Below, in pieces: positions 40,668 through 50,271 of a stretch of 64,000 nt of DNA. The notes under the pieces are model-generated. The model was not told the origin of the DNA and did no database searches. It was given only the letters and a program-made list of their open reading frames with translations. This DNA is from an uncultured Candidatus Actinomarina sp. GTDB lineage: Bacteria > Actinomycetota > Acidimicrobiia > Actinomarinales > Actinomarinaceae. Position 1 is the first letter of the stretch. Every line of letters begins with the position of its first letter. The stretch is taken from the NCBI GenBank assembly GCA_902625455.1, contig CACOBL010000005.1:6648-70647 (forward strand). Direction: 5' to 3'. The translations under genes and the position numbers were made by a program.

Positions 40668-41697
40668 ATTATTATATCTGAATTTGGCAATCGATTCCCA
40701 AGATACTTCATTAGGGTTTGCAATTGGATGGTTAAAAGAAGTATCTAAAATTTATGATGAAATTGATGTCATAACACTACGAAAGGGCACTATTCCAAAT
40801 CTTCCAGATAATGTAAATATTTATGGACCAAACAGTAACAAAAATAAACTAAGTAAATATTTTTATTTACACAAAACAGCTAAAAATTTAATAAATACTA
40901 ATAAATATAAAAAGTGCTTTTCTCACATGTCACCGATTTCTTTATTTGTATTAACAAGTCAACTTAAACGAAAGAAGATAGAAACAATATTATGGTTCAC
41001 TCATCCAGGTCCAAGTTTTGGAATTAAAAAGTTAATTTTATATATAACTACGAAAATGACAAAAAATATAATTACTGCCTCAAGTACCTCCTTTCCTTTT
41101 ATGTCTGAAAAAGTATCAATTATTGGCCATGCAATTGATTTAAGCTCATTTAAAAACCAAAAAAATAATCATCAATTTAAAAACTTTTTAATACTATCTA
41201 GGATTTCGAAATCAAAAAATTTAGATGTGTCTATTGATGCTTTTTTAAGTTCCGACTTTAAATCTGAAAGTTTAGATATAATAGGGGGCCCTTTGAACCA
41301 AAAAGATGTTCAGTATGAGAGTTATCTTAAAGAAAAATACAGAATTTACAATAATGTCAAATTTATTGGCAAGGTGCCGTATGAAAAATTACCGAGCTTT
41401 TTGAAAAATTATGATGTAAATTTTAATTCAGCAGGAATAGGTTTCTTCGACAAATCTGTACTGGAGACTTTATCAGCTGGACTAATTAATTTTTATCATA
41501 ATCAAGATTTTGATAGTTTATATCTAAATCACTCTGAGAATTACTACTTTACAGGAAAAGAAGATCTGACTGAAAAAATAAATAATCTTAAATTCCTTAA
41601 CGATAATGATTTAAAGGAATTGTTCAATATTTTAAATATGAATCTAGAGCAACATTCATTGGAAACTCTTGGTGATAGATTAAGTAAATTTATTTAG
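40657..41697 (+). CDS. GT4 glycosyltransferase
   Basis: GHAID, SRISKSK, FDKSVLETL. Confidence 0.85.
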   Translation: MKSRLLYLNLAIDSQDTSLGFAIGWLKEVSKIYDEIDVITLRKGTIPNLPDNVNIYGPNSNKNKLSKYFYLHKTAKNLINTNKYKKCFSHMSPISLFVLTSQLKRKKIETILWFTHPGPSFGIKKLILYITTKMTKNIITASSTSFPFMSEKVSIIGHAIDLSSFKNQKNNHQFKNFLILSRISKSKNLDVSIDAFLSSDFKSESLDIIGGPLNQKDVQYESYLKEKYRIYNNVKFIGKVPYEKLPSFLKNYDVNFNSAGIGFFDKSVLETLSAGLINFYHNQDFDSLYLNHSENYYFTGKEDLTEKINNLKFLNDNDLKELFNILNMNLEQHSLETLGDRLSKFI

Positions 41698-42626
41698 TCA
41701 ATATTTTTCTTAACCCATTCAATTGTTTTCTCTAAACCTTTTTCTAATCCAATGACTGGTTCATAATTTAATAACTTTTTTGATTTACTCAAATCTGGTT
41801 TTCTTTGTAAAGGATCATCTTTAGGGAGATCTTTATAAATAATTTGTGATTTTGTATTTGTTATATCAATAATTGTTTGAGCAAGTTGATTTATTGTAAT
41901 TTCATTATCATTCCCAATGTTAAAAATATCTGGCTTTTTGTAGCTAGAAGCCAACATTATTCCATTAACAGTATCATCAACATATGAGAATGATCTAGTC
42001 TGTAGACCTTTACCAAAAACTGTTATATCTTTATTTTTTAAAGCCTGGACAATAAAATTAGTTACAACTCTTCCATCATCTAATTTCATATTTGGACCAT
42101 AGGTATTAAATATTCTGACAATTTTTGCATTCAATTTATATTCGGTGATATAAGCTTGCGTTGCTGCTTCTGCAAATCTTTTTGATTCATCGTACATGCT
42201 CCGAGGACCAACGGGATTAACATTTCCCCAGTATTCCTCATGTTGTGGAGATATTTTTGGATCTCCATATATTTCAGATGTAGATGCAAGTAAAAAACTA
42301 GAATTATATTTTCGAGCAATTCCAAGTGCATTAATAGTGCCAATGCTTCCAGATTTAAGAGTATTAATAGGATTTTCAACGTAAGCAACGGGAGATGCGC
42401 AACTGGCTAAATGGATAACACAATCAATATTTTCTTCAGGATCATAATGATTCTGAATATCATGCGATATAAATTGAAAGTTTGATAAATCAAAATATTT
42501 ATTAATATTTTTCTCGCTACCAGTTAGCAAATTATCTAATATGATAATTTTTTCTGCATTATCAATTATTTTAGAAACGAGATGGCTACCAATAAAGCCT
42601 GCACCGCCAGTAATTAAATATCTCAA
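41694..42626 (-). CDS. uxs: UDP-glucuronate decarboxylase (UDP-xylose synthase)
   Basis: HLASCASP, STSEIYGDP, YWGNVNPVGPRSMYDESKR, RIFNTYGP, DDGRVV. Confidence 0.92.
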   Translation of the reverse strand: MRYLITGGAGFIGSHLVSKIIDNAEKIIILDNLLTGSEKNINKYFDLSNFQFISHDIQNHYDPEENIDCVIHLASCASPVAYVENPINTLKSGSIGTINALGIARKYNSSFLLASTSEIYGDPKISPQHEEYWGNVNPVGPRSMYDESKRFAEAATQAYITEYKLNAKIVRIFNTYGPNMKLDDGRVVTNFIVQALKNKDITVFGKGLQTRSFSYVDDTVNGIMLASSYKKPDIFNIGNDNEITINQLAQTIIDITNTKSQIIYKDLPKDDPLQRKPDLSKSKKLLNYEPVIGLEKGLEKTIEWVKKNID

Positions 42627-43811
42627 CTAAGAATCCCAAAACCTAAAATGTACAATGTTATTTAGTTCAGCAATTTGATTTTTAACTTTATTTCCCATTG
42701 GATACATTTCAACATACAAAGCATTTTCTTCAAATGAAAAGATTTGATCATATTTATTATCTAAAGTCATATTTTCATCATAAATTTCAACATTTTCTTT
42801 TTCATTTTTTAAAATATTGTAAATTTCAAATGTTGGTGAGTATCTGGTATCGTCTGTATTTTCTTTAAAAGCAGCACCTATTAAAATAATTTTTTGTAAA
42901 TTATTTATATTCATTATTTTTACTAACTTTTTTGAAAACCACAATAAATGTTCACTATTTGAATTACTAATAGATTGCATTACTGGAAGTTTTAGATTGT
43001 TTTCTTTGGCTATTTGTTGAATTTCCATGACATCCTTTGGAAAACAAGACCCACCCCAACCAGGAGAGGGTCTAAAGTATTGTTCTCCTATACGAGAATC
43101 TAATCCAACTCCTTTTAAAACATCAGATTGATTTGCGTTAAGACTATCAATAAGTCGAGAAGCTTCATTTACGAAAGACAGTCTTAGAGGTAAGTAAGCA
43201 TTTGAAAGGTACTTAATCAATTGAGAGCTGATTGGATCAGTAAAAATTATTTCAGATTTCAATTCTTCATATAAACTGGCAATTATTTGACTTTTTTCTA
43301 AGTTTTCAGATCCTATAATAATCCTATCAGTATTGAAAAAATCATAAAAAGCTGAACCTTCTCTTAAAAATTCTGGATTAAATACTAAATCTTTGTAGTC
43401 ATAGTTAACTTCACTTAAGACTTTTTGGAGTGCACTTGGATGAATTGTAGATTTAATACATACTGTAGTGCTATTTGCAACTTTACCATTTAATGATGAG
43501 AAGACTTTCTTAATAAAAGTAGAATCAAGGTCTCTATTTTCATCAATAGGTGTTTGTACACAAATTAAGACGATGTCAGCATCTTCCCATTTTATTTCAT
43601 CATAAGAATGGCAAAATGTAGCATTTTTTGCAGTCTTATCATTCGTAAGATAATCAAGTAATTCTGGTTCATCAAATGTTGGCTTTTTTTGATTTAACAT
43701 TTGAATTTTACTTAAGTCGGTATCTAAAAATGTAATTTTATTGCCAAGCTTAACTAAAGATAATCCGGTAACAAGGCCTACGTAACCAACCCCGATTACA
43801 ACAATATTCAT
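42627..43811 (-). CDS. ugd: UDP-glucose 6-dehydrogenase
   Basis: GVGYVG, IKST, NPEFLREG, GWGGSCFPKD, AFKENTDD; likely start 43811. Confidence 0.92.
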   Translation of the reverse strand: MNIVVIGVGYVGLVTGLSLVKLGNKITFLDTDLSKIQMLNQKKPTFDEPELLDYLTNDKTAKNATFCHSYDEIKWEDADIVLICVQTPIDENRDLDSTFIKKVFSSLNGKVANSTTVCIKSTIHPSALQKVLSEVNYDYKDLVFNPEFLREGSAFYDFFNTDRIIIGSENLEKSQIIASLYEELKSEIIFTDPISSQLIKYLSNAYLPLRLSFVNEASRLIDSLNANQSDVLKGVGLDSRIGEQYFRPSPGWGGSCFPKDVMEIQQIAKENNLKLPVMQSISNSNSEHLLWFSKKLVKIMNINNLQKIILIGAAFKENTDDTRYSPTFEIYNILKNEKENVEIYDENMTLDNKYDQIFSFEENALYVEMYPMGNKVKNQIAELNNIVHFRFWDS

Positions 43812-43840
43812 AAGTTTGATGATAACCTTTTTAATATTTT

Positions 43841-43846
43841 TATAAT
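43841..43846 (+). promoter_or_regulatory. -10 box (TATAAT) of a probable leaderless transcript
   Basis: Consensus hexamer 7 nt before GTG at 43854; opposed by TATCAT (43819-43824, minus strand) 7 nt before the ugd ATG. Confidence 0.65.
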
Positions 43847-43853
43847 AAGATAA

Positions 43854-44942
43854 GTGATTTATTTTCTTGCACATTGGGATTGGATACTTGAAAGATCAAG
43901 AGCTGATATTGTTACAAATATTAAAGATGAATTTCAAATTACATCTATCTGCCCACTTGAAGAAAATAATGAAAAAATACAAAAGACTTACTCTGATTCA
44001 ATAAACTGGAACATTTCAAGGGAAAAAACATTAGATCTACTTGGTTTAATCAATTTAACAAAAATTTTAAAAAATATTAATTCAAACGATATCCTTCATA
44101 TATTTACCTTGAAAAGTTTATTTCTATATATTCTCGCAACTTTATTTGCTCAAAAACAATATAAAGTCGTAGCTTCAATTACTGGACTTGGTTTTCTATT
44201 TGCTGGAACTAAATTAGCAAATTTTCTAAAAATAATTATAAAACCCGTGATTAAATTAAGAATTAATAAAGTTGTTGATGTACTTATATTTCAAAATAAA
44301 TCAAATATGGAACAATTTTTAACATATTCAAATTTTCAAAATAAAACTACCTTGCTTGAAGGAAGCGGTCTCAATACAAAAAAAATTAAAATAAAACATG
44401 AATTGAATAATCCAGTAAAAATTATTTTTGTAGGAAGATTATTGGTAGAGAAAGGAATCAGGGAATACCTAAAATTAGTAGAGATCTTTTCAGGTAAAGA
44501 AAAAGTAAAATTTTTTATTGCAGGAAAACCCGATTTTGGTAATAAAAGTAGCATTAGTGAAAAAAAATTTTTAGAGATAAAAAATAATCCAAATATAAAT
44601 TATCTAGGTGAGCTAGATGTTTACAGTGAATTGTACAAATATGATATTTTAATTCAACCCTCTTATCATGAAGGATTTTCAAGAATATTTCTAGAAGGAA
44701 TTTATTCTGGATTATTGTGCATTGTAAATGATCTTCCTGGAACTATATCCATAGCTGAAAAAACAAAATCTGGAATACTAATTTCTAACAACAATGTTAC
44801 TGACTTCGCTACTGAAATTGAAAATTACAATTCAAATTATTTAAATCAAAATTTTGAATACTCAAGAAATATTATCAATAAACTCTACTCTGTAGATGCA
44901 ATTTCAGAAAAATTGAAAGAAATTTACTATGAACTCAGTTGA
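43854..44942 (+). CDS. GT4 glycosyltransferase (PglA/CapM-like)
   Basis: ITGLGF, GRLLVEKGI, EGFSRIFLEG. Confidence 0.88.
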   Translation: MIYFLAHWDWILERSRADIVTNIKDEFQITSICPLEENNEKIQKTYSDSINWNISREKTLDLLGLINLTKILKNINSNDILHIFTLKSLFLYILATLFAQKQYKVVASITGLGFLFAGTKLANFLKIIIKPVIKLRINKVVDVLIFQNKSNMEQFLTYSNFQNKTTLLEGSGLNTKKIKIKHELNNPVKIIFVGRLLVEKGIREYLKLVEIFSGKEKVKFFIAGKPDFGNKSSISEKKFLEIKNNPNINYLGELDVYSELYKYDILIQPSYHEGFSRIFLEGIYSGLLCIVNDLPGTISIAEKTKSGILISNNNVTDFATEIENYNSNYLNQNFEYSRNIINKLYSVDAISEKLKEIYYELS

Positions 44943-45966
44943 AACTTTTCAATTATCTATATATGGGGCCTCTGCCCTATCTTTTCTCATTTCATATTCA
45001 TTTTGTTACACAATTATTAAATTAAATAAATCCTATAAATTCAAAAAAAATGATCAAAAAAGATTAAGTAATTTAAACATTGTTCCTTTAGGAGGCGTGG
45101 CAATGGCAACGAGTTTTTTTGTGTCAGTCAGATTTTTAGGTCAAGCAGATTCAAATATTGTATTTATATCAATTTTTGCACTTGGAATATCAATATTAGG
45201 AGTTATAGATGATTTCAAAAATTTAAATTGGAAACTAAAAATATTTTTTCAATTTTTCTTAGTTTCTTTTCCAATAATAATTCTTGGTACTGTTATCAAT
45301 GTAGAAAATCTACTTGGTTTTAATCTAGGCAATAACCTCAACATAATTTTTACTGTCTTTTGGGTGATTGTTCTTATGAATTCAATAAATTTTATTGACA
45401 ATATGGATGGATTTGCAGCAATTAATAGCGCAATTATTTGTCTTGCATTAACAATTTTATCCTTTGTTTATAATCAAAATTATCTTGCAGATGTAAGTTT
45501 TGTTCTTTTGTTTTCAATTCTTGCATTCATTTTATTTAATTTCCCTCCAGCCAAAATATACATGGGTGATTCAGGTAGCTTGTTCATTGGATTCATATTT
45601 GGATTTGTAAGTATTCTTTTTGATTGGAATCCTTCAGGTGAAAGCTTTTTATACAGTTCCATTGCGCCAATATTTTTATTCTTTACAATTCCTCTTTTAG
45701 ATTTCTTAACAGTGTTTGTTTACAGATTAAAAAATAAAATTTCGCCTGCTAGAGGCGGTACAGATCATATTTCTCATAGGTTATTAAATGAAGGATATAA
45801 TGTAAAACAAGTCCTTATTATATTTGTATGTATCAATTTGTTTATTTTCTTCCTATTAGGTTTATCAATAATGTATGAATATCTATCTTTAATAATTTTT
45901 ATAATTTACGCAATTTTTATTATTTTTTTATTTTTCAAATTTCAAAAAATGAAACCTCTAAATTAG
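44929..45966 (+). CDS. wecA: WecA/TagO-type polyprenyl-phosphate GlcNAc-1-phosphate transferase
   Basis: PLGG, GVIDD, NSINFIDNMDG, FNFPPAKIYMGDSGS, DHISHRL. Confidence 0.9.
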   Translation: MNSVETFQLSIYGASALSFLISYSFCYTIIKLNKSYKFKKNDQKRLSNLNIVPLGGVAMATSFFVSVRFLGQADSNIVFISIFALGISILGVIDDFKNLNWKLKIFFQFFLVSFPIIILGTVINVENLLGFNLGNNLNIIFTVFWVIVLMNSINFIDNMDGFAAINSAIICLALTILSFVYNQNYLADVSFVLLFSILAFILFNFPPAKIYMGDSGSLFIGFIFGFVSILFDWNPSGESFLYSSIAPIFLFFTIPLLDFLTVFVYRLKNKISPARGGTDHISHRLLNEGYNVKQVLIIFVCINLFIFFLLGLSIMYEYLSLIIFIIYAIFIIFLFFKFQKMKPLN

Positions 45967-46668
45967 TTTTTTTAATTCTTCAATTCTTTCAGGTGTGCCA
46001 GCATCTATCCACCAAGAACTAAGAACTTTAGATAAAACTTTTTTTTGATCTAAATATATTTTATTCAAGTCTGTAATTTCTAACTCACCTCTATTTGATG
46101 GGGTTAGTTTTCGAATGTTTTCAAAACAGCTTGTATCATAAATATAAATTCCAACTACTGCAAGATTCGATATGTACTCTTTTGGTTTTTCGTATATATC
46201 AATTGCATTGCCATCTTTGTCAATTTCCATAACTCCAAATTCTTCAGGATTCTCAACTTCTTTGACAAATAAATGAGCACCAGAAAAATTATCCAAATTT
46301 ATTTTTTCTAAAGGATTTTCTCCAAAAAAATTATCTCCAAGAATAAATGTTAAAAGAGAATTGTTGTCAATTTCTGCCTCAACATACGACAATGCATCAG
46401 CAATGCCTTTAGGACTAGGCTGAATAACATAAGAAATATTTTCGTCTGTAAAATTTTTTTGAAGATCATTTTTTATCAAATCATTAAAGTCAGGATTAGT
46501 TATCACAATAAAATCACGAAAACCCCATGATTTTAATTGCATAACTTGACTTGAAATCATACTTAAACCGCCAATGTCTATAAGAACTTTTGTAGATTCA
46601 TTATGTTTGTAGTCTTTGAGTCTTGTACCTAAACCACCAGCAGCAATTACTGCATAATTTTTTCTCAT
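45958..46668 (-). CDS. rmlA: Sugar-1-phosphate nucleotidyltransferase (short RmlA type)
   Basis: AGGLGTRL, LGDN, EKP, SNRGELEITD, WIDAGT. Confidence 0.8.
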   Translation of the reverse strand: MRKNYAVIAAGGLGTRLKDYKHNESTKVLIDIGGLSMISSQVMQLKSWGFRDFIVITNPDFNDLIKNDLQKNFTDENISYVIQPSPKGIADALSYVEAEIDNNSLLTFILGDNFFGENPLEKINLDNFSGAHLFVKEVENPEEFGVMEIDKDGNAIDIYEKPKEYISNLAVVGIYIYDTSCFENIRKLTPSNRGELEITDLNKIYLDQKKVLSKVLSSWWIDAGTPERIEELKKLI

Positions 46669-46707
46669 TTTTCTATATTAAAAGAACATTATGATTAAAG
46701 TAGAAAT

Positions 46708-47829
46708 TTGACTATGAAATTAAACAAACAAGCCATTTTATTAATCTTTATATTAATTATTGGAATCACAGCCTTTGTATTAATTCCAAATTTTGAAAGA
46801 GAAGAATTTAGCACAAGTGTTGTTGAAGAAATATCTGCTGGAAATATAACCACAACAACCAATGGAAATAGTTCAAATAATGACGAAAATGCATCTACCA
46901 ATACAATTCCCGGTAATGAAGAAACTGAAGTTTTTGAAACCAATGTATATGATCAACTACTAGTAAATAACAAAACAACAAGAATAGATAATTTATTTAC
47001 ATCATATTTAGTAATTGGAAGCGATGAAAGAAGTCCTAATTCTTCTCAAAGTAGAGGTAATGCTAAGGGTGATAGAGCCGATGTCATTTTAATTGTGTTA
47101 GTCGATAATGATTCAAACGTTTCCTTAGTCTCTTTACCAAGAGATTTATTAATAGAAGATCCGTGTACTAAAAGCATTCAAAGAATTAATAGTTCTTATA
47201 CAAGCAATGGATGTGGTACAAACGCAGAAAATTTATCAGCTGTTATTTTAAACATTACTGGTTTAAAAATTAATCACTTCGTTAAGTTTAGCTTTGAAGG
47301 GTTCGAAGATATTATAGATACAATTGGTGGCGTCGAAATTTGTGTTGAAGAAACACAAAGAGAAGGTTACTCATTTGAAATTCAAAAAGGATGTAACAAT
47401 TTATCTGGTGAAATAGCTTTAAATTGGATTGTTTCGAGAAGTACTGAAATATTAGATGGTGAAAAGGTTATTGATGAAAACGGTGAGGACATATCAAATT
47501 GGAAACCAATGCCTGGGGTTAGTGATTTAACCAGAATTAAAAAACAACAACAGCTAATAATTTCTCTTATGAAAAAAATAAATAATTTTGATTCATTCAA
47601 TAATTTTCTAAATTTTGTAAATGCCCTTGAAAATGCCTTTACAATTGATCAAAATATCTCAGTAATAGAAGCTTCTAGATTGTTATGGGATTTCAGAGAA
47701 ATCAACTTTGATAATGTTAATAAACTAACTGTCCCAACATATAACTATACAACCGAAAATGGTGCTCAAGTATTGATTTTAAATGAAAATTTTTACGACT
47801 TTTTATCCTCAAAAGATTTGGTTGATTGA
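46708..47829 (+). CDS. LCP (LytR-CpsA-Psr) glycopolymer transferase
   Basis: N-terminal TM, IGSDER, RADVI, SLPRD, DTIGGV, SDLTRIKKQQ. Confidence 0.93.
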   Translation: MTMKLNKQAILLIFILIIGITAFVLIPNFEREEFSTSVVEEISAGNITTTTNGNSSNNDENASTNTIPGNEETEVFETNVYDQLLVNNKTTRIDNLFTSYLVIGSDERSPNSSQSRGNAKGDRADVILIVLVDNDSNVSLVSLPRDLLIEDPCTKSIQRINSSYTSNGCGTNAENLSAVILNITGLKINHFVKFSFEGFEDIIDTIGGVEICVEETQREGYSFEIQKGCNNLSGEIALNWIVSRSTEILDGEKVIDENGEDISNWKPMPGVSDLTRIKKQQQLIISLMKKINNFDSFNNFLNFVNALENAFTIDQNISVIEASRLLWDFREINFDNVNKLTVPTYNYTTENGAQVLILNENFYDFLSSKDLVD

Positions 47830-50189
47830 ATAAAAATTCCGGTACTTAGTATAAATAATACAAACATATCCGGTGAATAAATCATATCATTTGTAATATT
47901 TTGTATCAAAAACATCATCATTGCTAAATATGGAAATATATTGCTTGAATTAATGAAGCTCAAGGCTTTAAACATTCCAAAAGCAATAATCAAATAGAAC
48001 AATATTGAAAACATTAATCCAAACTCTACACTAAACGTAAGATATCCATTATGTGCAGTGGTCAACTGGCTTAGAAAAGATGGATCAACAATTGGTGGGC
48101 TAGTATTTGATAATTGACCATTTTGTTGAATTAATACACCACTTCTTAAACTTTTGTCACCTATATTATTTGTATCAAGAAAAACGCCCTCATTATCAGC
48201 CCAACTGAAAAATAATCTTCCGTCGTCTGTTTCTAATTTCCAAGATTGTACCTGGCCGTTAATAATTGAAGTATTTGAAATCAGAGTTTGTCTTCGCTGA
48301 GGAATTTCTGGAAATGATAAGTGTAAGACAATTTCAAAATCTTCAGAAAAATCTAAATTATTATCAATTGCTACCCAATATTTATTGGGCCTAAATAATT
48401 TTATTCCATTATTTTCATATGTAATGTTGGCAGTGTATTCATTGACTTGGTTTGGTTTAAAGACATAATAATCTTTATTTAAATTATTTTTTGTAAATAT
48501 AACATTTTTACTTATGTTATTGGAAATAATATTAACTTCTTTAACTGTAGAATCTAGAAAAGTATTTCCAAAAGATTGTCCATCTGAATGTCCTCCGATT
48601 TCAATATAGGCACTATTTTTATTTAGATTTATTATCGCACCACTCGTTCGTTCATATCCCACCATATCCCAATTATCTCCGTCTTTAGATGTGTAAAAGC
48701 TAATTATGCTTCTTGGTAAAATTGTATCTCTCTTATCAAATTTTAACTTTATAAAACCTTCAACATTTCTAAAATTACACTCTTCACAAAATATTTTATA
48801 ATTGTCAAACGGAACAAATTCATTTCTAATACTTAATTGTTCAACCATTACGGCTAATTCTCCGACGGCTAATTCTCTACTTTTACATTGATATCCACTA
48901 GTGTCAGTACAAGGTACATAGGTTAAGTTTTTTGGAATTTGATTGTCAATAATATTGTCGTAAATATAATTCAAAAAACAATAAGTTTCTCCTCTTAAAA
49001 TATTGAGATTGGAATCATCAAAACATCCAGACTCTTCCATAAATGACGCTATTTCCTTGCTGTCTATTGTGTATATTGCAGCAAAAAAGTCAGAAAATAA
49101 ATCTTTTTTAACTCTAACATGTTGGCAGGTAATTCTATCTTCTGAACACTCTGAAACAAGTCTACTTTGAACAAGAATTTCATATCCTCCACCTGAAGTT
49201 CCTATATAAAATTTTACATTGGAATCTCTGTGTTCAATTGGAGTAATCCCTAATTCAACTTTATTTAAATTTATATTCAAATTTTGCTCTAATATCTCAG
49301 GGTTAATTGATAAAAAATAATCTTTATAAATATTATCAACATAGTTTCCTGGTCCCAGTCCTTTTAATATATTTAAATTATCAAATGCAATTTTTGTTAA
49401 AAAACCTCTGTCACTTTCTTTTAGTAAAATTTCAGAATTAAAAATATTTAAAAAACCTAAAGTCCCAAGAAATATGAAGATAAGAGCATAAACTAATTGT
49501 TTTAGATTTCTTTTTTTCAAATAGATGTATATAAATAACCCAAGAAATAAAGAAAGCCAAGAACCTCTGGAATAGGAAATAAATACAAGATATAAGTTTA
49601 AAAATGTAAGTAAAAGAAATAACTTGCTTTTGAGTTCATTATAAAAATATAAACATATAAAAGAAAGAATAGTAAACATTCCACCTGCAACATTTGGCCC
49701 AGATCCCTGAAAGCCTGAAAGCCTGCCTCTATTAAAAAATGTAGGGTTTTCAAAATAATAAGTAATCCAACCGATTGTATTGTCAACAAATGATAATTGA
49801 AATAGTGAAGATGCAAAATTTAATATTGAAACAAAAATAAAAGGAAATAAAAAATACTGTAATTCATTAGTTGTTTTTTTCTTAACGAATATAGTAAACA
49901 AAAACCCCGTTAGACAATAAAAAATTAGCCTAAGTGTAAAAAAATTAACGCCATACAGAAATAAAGATAAAATTAGTAACAAGGTAAGAGAACCCCAAAA
50001 TCTTGTCACATTGTCAGTTAAGTCAAAAGTATTATTCTTTCTAATAAAATCGATAAATAATATTAAGGAAAAAATTAATATAAGAAAATCAGAAAACTCA
50101 ATAAAGCTCAGCCTGAGAAATCCTGGTGGTGATATTAAAGAAACTGAAACAAGAGAGCCTAATAAAAATATGTTTATTTTTTCTTTCAA
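47793..50189 (-). CDS. O-antigen ligase/Wzy_C-like protein with a large extracellular insertion
   Basis: GRLSG...GPN, SYSRGSW, GLGPGNY ... (~430 aa) ... AHNGYL; TTG start. Confidence 0.8.
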   Translation of the reverse strand: MKEKINIFLLGSLVSVSLISPPGFLRLSFIEFSDFLILIFSLILFIDFIRKNNTFDLTDNVTRFWGSLTLLLILSLFLYGVNFFTLRLIFYCLTGFLFTIFVKKKTTNELQYFLFPFIFVSILNFASSLFQLSFVDNTIGWITYYFENPTFFNRGRLSGFQGSGPNVAGGMFTILSFICLYFYNELKSKLFLLLTFLNLYLVFISYSRGSWLSLFLGLFIYIYLKKRNLKQLVYALIFIFLGTLGFLNIFNSEILLKESDRGFLTKIAFDNLNILKGLGPGNYVDNIYKDYFLSINPEILEQNLNINLNKVELGITPIEHRDSNVKFYIGTSGGGYEILVQSRLVSECSEDRITCQHVRVKKDLFSDFFAAIYTIDSKEIASFMEESGCFDDSNLNILRGETYCFLNYIYDNIIDNQIPKNLTYVPCTDTSGYQCKSRELAVGELAVMVEQLSIRNEFVPFDNYKIFCEECNFRNVEGFIKLKFDKRDTILPRSIISFYTSKDGDNWDMVGYERTSGAIINLNKNSAYIEIGGHSDGQSFGNTFLDSTVKEVNIISNNISKNVIFTKNNLNKDYYVFKPNQVNEYTANITYENNGIKLFRPNKYWVAIDNNLDFSEDFEIVLHLSFPEIPQRRQTLISNTSIINGQVQSWKLETDDGRLFFSWADNEGVFLDTNNIGDKSLRSGVLIQQNGQLSNTSPPIVDPSFLSQLTTAHNGYLTFSVEFGLMFSILFYLIIAFGMFKALSFINSSNIFPYLAMMMFLIQNITNDMIYSPDMFVLFILSTGIFIQSTKSFEDKKS

Positions 50190-50190
50190 G

Positions 50191-50264
50191 TGGGCCTGGC
50201 AGGACTCGAACCTACGACCGACGGATTATGAGTCCGTTGCTCTAACCAACTGAGCTACAGGCCC
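50191..50264 (-). tRNA. tRNA with CAT anticodon, most likely tRNA-Ile2 (lysidine type); CCA not encoded
   Basis: GGGCCTGTAGCTCAGTTGGTTAGAGCAACGGACTCATAATCCGTCGGTCGTAGGTTCGAGTCCTGCCAGGCCCA; paired 1:72 and no GGG/CCC anticodon stem exclude initiator; sequence resembles Ile2. Confidence 0.9.
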
Positions 50265-50271
50265 TAAATAT

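Larger units (their letters stand above)
15964..50189. other. Cell-surface glycan biosynthesis island (about 30 genes)
   Basis: Continuous run of sugar-nucleotide enzymes, glycosyltransferases, flippase, polymerase/ligase-like proteins, WecA and LCP between ppc and tRNA-Ile2. Confidence 0.9.

Noticed and set aside
48770-49150. CEEC and CSEDRITCQH as possible heme c sites, given the ccm operon
   Set aside because: Neither is CxxCH (CEECN; Cx6CQH); disulfides or metal binding are more likely.
15900-50264. Integrative element or prophage at tRNA-Ile2
   Set aside because: No integrase, transposase or phage gene, and no tRNA 3' repeat seen at the ppc end.
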